A stretch of DNA of 64,000 bases from Candidatus Levyibacteriota bacterium (GTDB lineage: Bacteria; Patescibacteriota; Microgenomatia; Levybacterales; UBA12049), in NCBI GenBank assembly GCA_016214555.1, contig JACROF010000016.1, positions 633 to 64,632 on the forward strand, written 5' to 3'. The notes beneath the pieces were generated by a model. The model worked only from the letters and a program-made list of their open reading frames with translations. It was not told the DNA's origin and ran no database searches. How positions within the stretch are numbered: the stretch's first letter is position 1; every line of letters starts with the position of its first letter. Of the stretch, positions 56,697 through 64,000 are shown one piece after another. The position numbers were made by a program, and so were the translations under genes.

Positions 56697-57029
56697 ATGG
56701 CGAGTATAAAATTCAAAAGTGATAAATATAAAAAATCTCGTGGTGGGTATTCTCGTTTGTTAGATATTCAGTGTGGGAAATGCGGTAGGCATTTGCTTCT
56801 CTATCAAAAGGATGGCCCTGGAATATTAAAAAGAATGTATCTTGACCGAATTTTTGAATCAGATAAGTACTCCGGTCTTGAAAATAGTTCTCTTAAATCA
56901 ATTCCCCAGTTAATTTGTTCAGAGTGTAAAACTATAATTGGCATTCCCTTCATATACGAGAAGGAAAATAGATTAGCCTTCCGTCTTTTTGTTGGAGGAA
57001 TAGTCAAGAGAATTGTTAAGTCAAGATAA
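56697..57029 (+). CDS. zinc-ribbon protein (CGKCG...CSEC), hypothetical
   Basis: ORF; two CxxC pairs. Confidence 0.5.
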   Translation: MASIKFKSDKYKKSRGGYSRLLDIQCGKCGRHLLLYQKDGPGILKRMYLDRIFESDKYSGLENSSLKSIPQLICSECKTIIGIPFIYEKENRLAFRLFVGGIVKRIVKSR

Positions 57030-57108
57030 AATAGTTTTAGTTTTATTAGACATAGCAAGATTTTACAACTTGTAAAAATACGGGTGAGGGTATAACATAG
57101 CAATAATT

Positions 57109-57498
57109 ATGGATGAACATCAACACCACCAAGATCTAATGCAATCTCTCTCTCAAGAATATTCAGATATTTTATCTAACTCCGAGCAGGGAGTGTATAT
57201 CTACCTTGATGATGCTCATAAAATTTGCAACGCAAATTTTGCATCACTTTTAGGTTATTCATCAGAAAAAGAGTGGACAATGATTGACAGCCCATTTCCA
57301 GATGCTTTTGTAGCAGAAGAGAGCCAAGAAGCGCTTATTTCATCATTTCAGGACGCAATGGAAAAAAATGTCGGCTCAACGCAAAGTGTTGTCTGGAAGA
57401 AAAAAGATGGTAGCACTATCGAATCAACAGTCATTCTCGTTCCTATTGCTCATCAAGGACACACTTTTGCTCTTCATTTTGTATCAGGTAAGGTTTAG
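57109..57498 (+). CDS. hypothetical protein (possible PAS-like fold)
   Basis: ORF. Confidence 0.45.
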   Translation: MDEHQHHQDLMQSLSQEYSDILSNSEQGVYIYLDDAHKICNANFASLLGYSSEKEWTMIDSPFPDAFVAEESQEALISSFQDAMEKNVGSTQSVVWKKKDGSTIESTVILVPIAHQGHTFALHFVSGKV

Positions 57499-57644
57499 TA
57501 GATGGCTACAGAGAACGCTTACTATGCAAAAATTGTTTAACAACTCCCCTTTTCTTTTGGCAGGTATTAATTTTATTCTCTCCTAATACTGTTTTAGATA
57601 TGTTGTATGTTACAGTAGAGTTAATGCAAAAAGGATTTGTCTTT

Positions 57645-58343
57645 ATGCGATACATCCTTGTAGTTATTCTGATAGCGGCCGTTGTCGTTTTTGTATTATT
57701 CAAAAATCATAAAGGGACTCAACCGGTTATCACGGCAAATTTTATTGATCTAGAAAAGGTTGAGAAAATCTCCAAATTTCGAAGTTGCCAGGGACATATA
57801 GTGGTTCCTCAGGATGAGAGTGAGACAAGGCGCAATATGAAGCATTATGTTGTTTTAAAACCAGAATTTTTTGGTGGTGGCAAAGCAGAGATCTACTCTC
57901 CAATTGACGGTGTTATAAAAAGTATTGGGGAGAGGCCTGAGAAAGGACTGGAGGGTGAGATTTGGCTAGGAAATGCCAATAACGACTGGGATATCAGTAT
58001 TCAACATCTATTTATCTTACCTAATTTGACAGAGGGTCAGAAAGTTAAGGCAGGTCAGAAAGTCGGTATGGCTGCTGATAAGGGGATAGATGTGGTTTAT
58101 GGAATTGGAGCAAAGGAAGTAAAAATGATTGAGGGATATCAGTCGCCTTATTCAGCGCTAGACTCAATTTTTAATCATGCAAGCGCGGCAGTTTTGACAG
58201 AATATGAGGCAAAAGGTGTCTTGCTTGCGGATTTAATGTATAGCAAGGAGTTCCGTGATCAAAATCCCTGCATGCTTGAGGGGAATGGAAGTCAATTAAA
58301 CGATCACGATCATCCTGAAGACTGGGCAATGCTACATGAATAA
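57645..58343 (+). CDS. membrane-anchored protein with degenerate M23/lipoyl-like barrel (GQKVKAGQKVG), hypothetical
   Basis: TM ILVVILIAAVVVFVLF; start at MRYIL. Confidence 0.5.
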   Translation: MRYILVVILIAAVVVFVLFKNHKGTQPVITANFIDLEKVEKISKFRSCQGHIVVPQDESETRRNMKHYVVLKPEFFGGGKAEIYSPIDGVIKSIGERPEKGLEGEIWLGNANNDWDISIQHLFILPNLTEGQKVKAGQKVGMAADKGIDVVYGIGAKEVKMIEGYQSPYSALDSIFNHASAAVLTEYEAKGVLLADLMYSKEFRDQNPCMLEGNGSQLNDHDHPEDWAMLHE

Positions 58344-59157
58344 AGGACTTACTAGCTTGTTAATTTCAATTATCATTTTCGTGGTTGTTGTCGGATTTAT
58401 TTTTTTAAAAAATTTTAATATATTGCCCACTCAACTAAGCATTGTTAACAATCAAAAAAGTGCAGAGGTAAGTTGGCAATTTGGAGATGGAAAGTGGAGT
58501 GCTAGCGGCAACCCGCCTGAATGTCCTAGTCCACTAACTTTTCCAGCACCTGTAGATATCAGTTTGGTAAGCGGAATTTTATATCCCGGACAAGAACGAG
58601 GGAGTGACTACAAGCCACATGGTGGATTCCGATTTGACAATCGTGACAACAACATTCAAGTGAGAGCGATTATGGATGGGTATATATTAAAAGCCTCACG
58701 GTACGAAGATTTTGGTGGCGAAATACAAAACTTTTTGTTTTATGTAAATGATTGTGGGATTATGGTCATGCACGATCATTTATTGATACTCTCACCTAAG
58801 CTTCAAGCAGTGTTTGACAAGCTGCCTCTTAATAAAAATGGGGACTCAAGAACCACATATATATCACCAAAGGTGTATATCAAAAAAGGTGAAGTACTCG
58901 CTTTAAAAATAGGCTATGAAAAATTCCCTGGTGGGTACAAAAACAAAAATGTTTTTGTCGATTTTGGATTATACGATCTAAGAAAAACAAATGGGATTGA
59001 TTATAATTCTTTATTTCTCGCAAAACATCCAAATATCAATGAGTATGGAAAATACGCAGTTTGTTGGTTTGATTATCTTTCTATTGAAGATGAGGCTACT
59101 GTCCGAAACCTCCCAGCTAGCGGAAATGAAGGGAAAATGAGCGATTACTGTAAATAG
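58336..59157 (+). CDS. membrane-anchored hypothetical protein, similar architecture to the upstream gene
   Basis: ORF; TM LLISIIIFVVVVGFIFL. Confidence 0.5.
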   Translation: MNKGLTSLLISIIIFVVVVGFIFLKNFNILPTQLSIVNNQKSAEVSWQFGDGKWSASGNPPECPSPLTFPAPVDISLVSGILYPGQERGSDYKPHGGFRFDNRDNNIQVRAIMDGYILKASRYEDFGGEIQNFLFYVNDCGIMVMHDHLLILSPKLQAVFDKLPLNKNGDSRTTYISPKVYIKKGEVLALKIGYEKFPGGYKNKNVFVDFGLYDLRKTNGIDYNSLFLAKHPNINEYGKYAVCWFDYLSIEDEATVRNLPASGNEGKMSDYCK

Positions 59158-59223
59158 CTTAGTTTTTATCCATCCAATCTCCTCTTTGCTATCAAGCTTG
59201 AACCCTTTGATATAATCATTCTT

Positions 59224-59640
59224 ATGAATATGTTCAAGTCTGTTAAGGCAAAGTCGAGTCAGCAATATTTCAATGCTTTACCTCAAGAACGAAGAGAAAT
59301 AATGACATTTTTAGATACTTTTATTAAAGAAAATGCTCCCAGTCTCAAGCCAAACTTTCTCTATAATATGCCAGGTTATGGTAGTTTTAAATACAAAAAC
59401 TACAAAAAAGAAATCATTGATTGGCCAACAATCGCAGTAGCGAGTCAAAAAAATTATGTCAGTTTGTACATTTGTGCAGTCGATGAGAAAGGGTATATAG
59501 CAGAGCAGTACAAAGAAGATTTAGGGAAAGTCAGTGTTGGAAAAAGCTGTATTCGCTTTAAAAAACTTGAGGACATAAATTTGGATACATTAAAAAGAAT
59601 ACTAAAATTGGCAGAAAAATCTCCAGGCCTAGTTCTTTAG
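59224..59640 (+). CDS. DUF1801 (YdhG/YdeI-like) domain protein
   Basis: GYGSFKY...IAVASQKNYVSLY pattern. Confidence 0.55.
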   Translation: MNMFKSVKAKSSQQYFNALPQERREIMTFLDTFIKENAPSLKPNFLYNMPGYGSFKYKNYKKEIIDWPTIAVASQKNYVSLYICAVDEKGYIAEQYKEDLGKVSVGKSCIRFKKLEDINLDTLKRILKLAEKSPGLVL

Positions 59641-59727
59641 GCAATAATTGAATATACGTATCGTTTTTGCTATGATCCACCCGACAGGAAGGTTTTCTGT
59701 CACGATCTTTTACACAGGAGTTATCTA

Positions 59728-60072
59728 ATGGATGGCCAAAATCAGCCCTCACAGGCAGATCTTATTCGGCAATGGATGGAGATTGCCACGAAGTACATTC
59801 GAGGTAGTTTGCCACGAGATATGACCGATAGTCAGGCGCATGATATGCGCATCATGGATGCGATTGTTCAGGCGATGCCTGGTGTGCAGGCTCGAATAGA
59901 TGTTTCTTATCGTTACCACTGCAACAACTGCGGTAAAGACTTTGAGAATCTCAAAGAGGTATACATCGGCGACCTTCACAAATCAGATTGGGCAGAGGTA
60001 TGTCCAAAATGTGGCAATGGAACACATGTGATAGTTGAGAATGTTTCAACAGACGCTTTGCCTTCAAGTTGA
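59728..60072 (+). CDS. hypothetical Zn-ribbon protein (CNNCG...CPKCG) in a GC-rich trio
   Basis: ORF; GC about 50%. Confidence 0.5.
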   Translation: MDGQNQPSQADLIRQWMEIATKYIRGSLPRDMTDSQAHDMRIMDAIVQAMPGVQARIDVSYRYHCNNCGKDFENLKEVYIGDLHKSDWAEVCPKCGNGTHVIVENVSTDALPSS

Positions 60073-60302
60073 AAGGAAAGTTCATGTCACAGGGCAATCT
60101 GAAACCTAATGTGGATGTCACAGAAGTTGAGGCAGAAGGAGGGCAAATTCTCAAAATTTCCTCAAAGTGGGGAATTGGATCTGATGGCAGACTTGCCAAA
60201 CCATCTGAAGGAGGATTTGGTGTCGTGACAGAAAATGGTCGTCGTATCGGCATGTGGGACGCACAGCGATACTTTAAGGAAGAGGGAGACAGCAATGGCT
60301 GA
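60069..60302 (+). CDS. small hypothetical protein (TTG start per track; ATG at 60084)
   Basis: ORF, co-directional, overlaps its neighbours by 4-8 nt. Confidence 0.4.
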   Translation: MKGKFMSQGNLKPNVDVTEVEAEGGQILKISSKWGIGSDGRLAKPSEGGFGVVTENGRRIGMWDAQRYFKEEGDSNG

Positions 60303-60495
60303 TGAAAATCTGATCAAAGCTGTTGAGCAAGTCTTTGATGCGACACAGCAAGGCGTGATCAGAGATGCTTGCAGGAAAGCTCTTACTGTTCGTACAGACG
60401 AATCGATGCGAGCAGCACTCATCACAACTCGTGAGAGCGCTGCCACATGGGTAGCTAAGGGTATTGCCAACCGAGCGCTTGGATTTGAGCAGTAG
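60295..60495 (+). CDS. small hypothetical protein (MADENLIKAV...)
   Basis: ORF; ATG overlaps the upstream stop. Confidence 0.4.
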   Translation: MADENLIKAVEQVFDATQQGVIRDACRKALTVRTDESMRAALITTRESAATWVAKGIANRALGFEQ

Positions 60496-60523
60496 CATAC
60501 TGTCGTTGAGGGCAACCTCTCAT

Positions 60524-60552
60524 TCACCGGAACGTTAAGCCGGTGATTTTTC
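60524..60552 (+). terminator. rho-independent terminator TCACCGG-aacgttaag-CCGGTGA-TTTTT
   Basis: 7-bp stem plus T-run after the GC-rich trio. Confidence 0.7.
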
Positions 60553-60615
60553 TTACTTGTGGCATACCGTTAAGCATCACAATAGAGTATATGCATTTGG
60601 TATAATAGATAAGAA

Positions 60616-60921
60616 ATGACAAAGAAGCCATTTATTAATGCTTTCGCAGCAACGCTCTATATAGTAGCAGTTGCTTCATTTATGTTTTATGGAAGCAAGT
60701 TGTTTGGCCCTGAAGACTCTGTGCTTGCTCCAGTTGCGATGCTTTCTCTTTTTACGTTATCTGCTGCTATCATGGGATATCTTTTTCTTTATCAACCTCT
60801 CCTGCTTTTTCTGGATGGGAAAAAGAAAAACGCAGTTAACTTTTTTCTTCAAACCGTTGCTGTTTTTGCGGGAACTACGGTACTAATCTTTATTTTGCTC
60901 CTCTCAGGCATCTTCAAATAG
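60616..60921 (+). CDS. three-TM membrane protein, hypothetical
   Basis: ORF. Confidence 0.5.
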   Translation: MTKKPFINAFAATLYIVAVASFMFYGSKLFGPEDSVLAPVAMLSLFTLSAAIMGYLFLYQPLLLFLDGKKKNAVNFFLQTVAVFAGTTVLIFILLLSGIFK

Positions 60922-61032
60922 TTGATACTATGTTCTAGTGCCTCTTTTCTATAGCCTATCGAGCTAAGGAGGTATTTGTCATTATTGATTCATATCACAG
61001 AAATCCTACTAGAACTTGTTTAAAATTATCTT

Positions 61033-61191
61033 ATGAAAATTAATGCTGACTGGCATGAGAAAAACAAAATGCCAAAAAATTCAACGCTAGACCAAAGAGT
61101 GGCTTGGCATATGGCTCATGCAAAACATTGTAAGTGTCGTCCTCTTGGTGGAAAAATTTTAGAAGAAATAAAAAAGAGGGAATTGCTATGA
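61033..61191 (+). CDS. unannotated 52-aa His/Cys-containing small protein (MKINADWHEKNKMPKNSTLDQRVAWHMAHAKHCKCRPLGGKILEEIKKRELL); its TGA overlaps the ATG of the next gene
   Basis: clean ORF not in the track (<60 aa); ATGA overlap with the 61188 start. Confidence 0.4.
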   Translation: MKINADWHEKNKMPKNSTLDQRVAWHMAHAKHCKCRPLGGKILEEIKKRELL

Positions 61192-61565
61192 CAAGAACAT
61201 TTTTTAAAGACGCGATTTTATGGGGTTTTTTCCTCTGGTTTGTCGGCTATATTCTTGGAATATTTCTATTTATGGTTGTTCCAAAAGATCTGCTTGGGTG
61301 GATTATTATGCCAATGGGAATACTGATAACATTGTGGGTGCTTGTAAAGAAAGTAAAAGGAATATCATTTCAGTATTATTTTTTACTTGCTTTGTTTTGG
61401 GTTTTGTTAGCAATTGTATGCGACTATTTTTTTCTCGTTAAAGTATTCAAACCAACGGATGGATATTATAAAGTTGATGTCTATATCTATTATCTTTTGA
61501 CATGCATCCTTCCCCTTTTTATTGGTTGGAGAAAAACTCTGATGAAAGAGAAAAAGCATCTATGA
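61188..61565 (+). CDS. four-TM membrane protein (start at MTRTFFKD)
   Basis: ORF; the upstream extension in the track overlaps the small ORF in another frame. Confidence 0.5.
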   Translation: MTRTFFKDAILWGFFLWFVGYILGIFLFMVVPKDLLGWIIMPMGILITLWVLVKKVKGISFQYYFLLALFWVLLAIVCDYFFLVKVFKPTDGYYKVDVYIYYLLTCILPLFIGWRKTLMKEKKHL

Positions 61566-62053
61566 ATTTTTTATCTGAAAACAATCTTTGGAATTTTCTT
61601 AGACTCTCGATTGCAAGTATTATGCTTTGGGCATTTTTTGACAAATTATTAGGTCTTGGATTTGCAACCATGCCTGATAAGTCATGGATTGTTGGGGTCT
61701 CTCCAACTGCAGGATTTCTCGCTTTTGCACCTGATGGTGTCTTTGCTTCATTTTTTCATAGCCTTTCAGGAAATGGGATAGTTGATATTCTTTTTATGTC
61801 AGGGTTGTTGTTGGTCGGCTTGTGTTTGGCACTAGGAATTGGAATAAGGGTAGCATGTATGAGCGGTTCTCTGATGATGTTTTTTATCTACCTATCTCTT
61901 TTTCCACCGGAAAATAATCCTCTTATTGATGAACATATCGTGTATATTATTGCCTTTTTACTTTTGGCGCATAGAAGTACAAAACAGAATTTTTTCCTGC
62001 ATAACAAATGGAAAAAAGTAGCTATTGTTAAGCAACACCCCATACTGGCCTGA
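61562..62053 (+). CDS. DoxX-like membrane protein
   Basis: four TM with LRLSIASIMLWAFFDKL pattern. Confidence 0.45.
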   Translation: MNFLSENNLWNFLRLSIASIMLWAFFDKLLGLGFATMPDKSWIVGVSPTAGFLAFAPDGVFASFFHSLSGNGIVDILFMSGLLLVGLCLALGIGIRVACMSGSLMMFFIYLSLFPPENNPLIDEHIVYIIAFLLLAHRSTKQNFFLHNKWKKVAIVKQHPILA

Positions 62054-62179
62054 GTTCGTGTGTAAAGGTGGCCTATAATATTGATTTTAAGATTTGTTTA
62101 GTATATACTGCTTGCTACAAAGCACCTGTATTTTGATGCAACGCGCATCAGGATATTTTGCATACAAAGGAGGTTTTTT

Positions 62180-62356
62180 TTGAAAAAGCTCTGGGACAAC
62201 CTTGAATTTCTCGTTCTTGCATTCGTCTTGCTCATAATCGGCTATGGGATAGCAACTCACGACAATGATAAATCATTTCGTCTTTCGTGTGTTCCCATCG
62301 AGACTACCGTAACGCCGGTTTCAGGCGTAGAGCTTGACTGCACGAAGGTCAAGTAG
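62180..62356 (+). CDS. unannotated 58-aa small membrane protein, TTG start 6 nt after SD AAGGAGG
   Basis: LKKLWDNLEFLVLAFVLLIIGYGIATHDNDKSFRLSCVPIETTVTPVSGVELDCTKVK; strong SD. Confidence 0.4.
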   Translation: MKKLWDNLEFLVLAFVLLIIGYGIATHDNDKSFRLSCVPIETTVTPVSGVELDCTKVK

Positions 62357-62368
62357 AAGGAGAAATCA

Positions 62369-62569
62369 GTGGAAGAAAAGTGTCCGAGTTGTAATAGGCC
62401 GATTGTCCCTAACAACAGCAACTGTCGGAAGTGTGAGCAGGTCTATACGCACTGCCAACACTGCGGAAGTAACTTCCGACAAATCGCGCCTGTCCCATTG
62501 GTTGGGCTAAAAGGCGAAATGCTTTTTGGCCCTGTCACATTTTGTACAGGATGTTTAGCTCTCTATTAG
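62369..62569 (+). CDS. Cys-rich small protein (CPSC...CRKC...CQHC...CTGC), GTG start
   Basis: four CxxC pairs. Confidence 0.45.
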   Translation: MEEKCPSCNRPIVPNNSNCRKCEQVYTHCQHCGSNFRQIAPVPLVGLKGEMLFGPVTFCTGCLALY

Positions 62570-62639
62570 TCATTTTTGCCGCCAGCGATTACATCAAGGC
62601 GGCTTTTTCATGGGAAGAACCTTCTGCTATACTCAGAAT

Positions 62640-62993
62640 ATGAAAAAAGCTACGAGTGTTGATGAATATATTTCTACAGCACCCAAAGATATTCAAGAAA
62701 AATTACAGCAAATACGACAACTTATCAAAGAAGTAGCACCAGATGCAATAGAAAAAATCAGTTACGGTATGCCCTATTATGGCTACAAAGGGCGTCTCGT
62801 CTATTTTGCTTATGCTAAAAATCACATCGGACTTTATGCGATGCCAAGTTATTTAGAGGGGTATGCATCAGAGATACAAAAATATCGTACTGGTAAAGCA
62901 ACGCTCAGTTTTCCCCTTGATAAAGAATTACCTCTTAAGCTTATTAGAGAGCTTATCAAAGAAGGCGTCAAACACAATGAAAAGAAAAAATAA
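62640..62993 (+). CDS. DUF1801 (YdhG-like) domain protein, second copy (start at MKKATSV)
   Basis: ISYGMPYYGYKGRLVYFAYAKNHIGLY pattern. Confidence 0.55.
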   Translation: MKKATSVDEYISTAPKDIQEKLQQIRQLIKEVAPDAIEKISYGMPYYGYKGRLVYFAYAKNHIGLYAMPSYLEGYASEIQKYRTGKATLSFPLDKELPLKLIRELIKEGVKHNEKKK

Positions 62994-63158
62994 GCGATTG
63001 TATGCTACAATGCATGTATGGCAAAACGACCAAGAGCACTCGGCAATAGAAAAAAATCTCATCCTCACAAAACAAAAAAGCGTTTGGAAGCAAAGCGTGT
63101 GATGCTAGAAGCAAAGAAAAATAAGAGAAAAAGCAAATAGAGCCAACCTCAAAGGGTG

Positions 63159-63659
63159 TCAGTTTTCGTCGTGGGCCTTCTGAAGATCTTCAACAATAAT
63201 TTTTTTCATCTTAAGCATTGCCTGCATAACAGCATTTGATTTTTTAGGATCTGGATCACTCATCAGTTCATTTAGTTGTCTTGGAACAACTTGCCATGAG
63301 ACGCCAAATTTGTCCTTGAGCCATCCACACTGACTTTCTATTCCCCCATCAGCAGTGAGCGCATTCCAATAATAATCTACCTCTTCTTGATCCTTGCAGT
63401 CGATAACAAAAGAAATTGCTTCATTAAATTTGAATTCTGGTCCAGCACTCATGAGTGTAAAATCCTGACCAAAAAGTTCGATAGTGACGATGTCTACTTG
63501 TCCAGATGGGGTGTCATCAAATGTTTGAATAGGGGTTTTGATTGTTGCTTCTTTAAAGATCTCCGTATAAAATTTCGCAGCTTGTTTCGCCTGCTTATCA
63601 AACCATAAAAAGGGGGTGATTTTCTGCGTAAGAGATTTGCTTCTTAAGCTGTTCGTATG
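63159..63659 (-). CDS. PhnB-like protein (third paralog); the conserved N-terminus (TQKITPFLWFD...) lies upstream of the only in-frame ATG (63452) with no canonical start codon
   Basis: in-frame extension from the TAA at 63660-62 encodes FLWFDKQAKQAAKFY...; C-terminal CGWLKDKFGVSWQV. Confidence 0.5.
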   Translation of the reverse strand, partial: HTNSLRSKSLTQKITPFLWFDKQAKQAAKFYTEIFKEATIKTPIQTFDDTPSGQVDIVTIELFGQDFTLMSAGPEFKFNEAISFVIDCKDQEEVDYYWNALTADGGIESQCGWLKDKFGVSWQVVPRQLNELMSDPDPKKSNAVMQAMLKMKKIIVEDLQKAHDEN

Positions 63660-63673
63660 TTATAACAACCCAA

Positions 63674-64000
63674 ATGGTAACCGCAGAAAGAAAAACAATT
63701 GAAGAGCGCGGACAGGAAATGGCTGCTGTAAAAAGAGCAAGAATGCAGACAGGGGGAGAGAGGGTTTATCCTTTTGTCCGATTGAAGCATAAAGACATCT
63801 TGCATCTTCCCCGTCTAGCAACTGGCGAATCAGGATTTCCTAGAAATCGATTTGAGGAAGATCTTCGTTTTCATCCTACGAATGGGGAAATTTATTCAAC
63901 GAGGTGGGCTCATTTGCATACAGATGTTGATGAATATGGTGTTCGATCAATCGACGATCCTTATGACTATACATACATCAATGGGCCTAGCCCATATTAT
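63674..64000 (+). CDS. hypothetical protein, 3'-truncated at window end (MVTAERKTIEERGQEMAAVKRARMQ...)
   Basis: ORF open to the end of the window. Confidence 0.35.
   Translation, partial: MVTAERKTIEERGQEMAAVKRARMQTGGERVYPFVRLKHKDILHLPRLATGESGFPRNRFEEDLRFHPTNGEIYSTRWAHLHTDVDEYGVRSIDDPYDYTYINGPSPYY

Noticed and set aside
61134-61187. GTG-initiated N-terminal extension (MSSSWWKNFRRNKKEGIA) of the 61188 membrane-protein gene
   Set aside because: Overlaps the better-supported 52-aa ORF in another frame; the ATG at 61188 overlapping that ORF's TGA is the more parsimonious start.
62863-63102. Track ORF 62863..63102 (79 aa)
   Set aside because: Overlaps the 3' end of the DUF1801 gene in another frame, with low-complexity translation. 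The 40-aa basic ORF in a third frame is reported separately as low confidence.

Overview
AT-rich (~40% GC) bacterial window with compact gene packing. Many small membrane/secreted hypotheticals, two class-A PBPs and DUF5667/DUF378-type proteins suggest a small-genome Patescibacteria/CPR-like organism; this is inference only. I count about 90 protein-coding genes and 10 tRNA(-like) genes: all four tRNA-Ser isoacceptors plus tRNA-Arg within about 4 kb, tRNA-Ile(UAU), a divergent pair of tRNA(CAU), and tRNA-Asn. A tmRNA (ssrA) sits just downstream of smpB in an ORF-free gap. Housekeeping blocks: pfkB-rpiB-rpe, gap, nrdR-nrdJ (B12-dependent class II RNR) followed by a candidate cobalamin riboswitch and a B12 uptake/adenosylation module, guaB, dnaG-rpoD. 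Cell-envelope block: SpoIID/LytB, LytR_C, two tandem PBP1A paralogs, a CvpA-CAP fusion, and a VWA/CnaB plus CARDB surface-protein pair with Ser/Pro repeats. Accessory-looking regions: (i) an operon encoding a 475-aa Zn-ribbon protein, a Pro/Gln-rich protein and a membrane-anchored HerA/VirB4/VirD4-superfamily ATPase, ending at tRNA-Ile(UAU) and a Xer-like tyrosine recombinase; (ii) a ~4.3 kb islet between that tRNA and the tRNA(CAU) pair, including two GC-rich membrane-protein genes; (iii) GC-rich single genes or trios next to smpB-ssrA, tRNA-Asn and at 59.7-60.5 kb; (iv) tRNA-end duplications (att-like scars) beside three tRNA-Ser genes, and two GIY-YIG mini-nuclease genes each directly 3' of a tRNA-like gene. 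No CRISPR array, rRNA, transposase or reverse transcriptase was recognised. CDS coordinates follow the supplied ORF track, with starts adjusted where sequence supports it. RNA coordinates were derived by hand and may be off by 1-2 nt.
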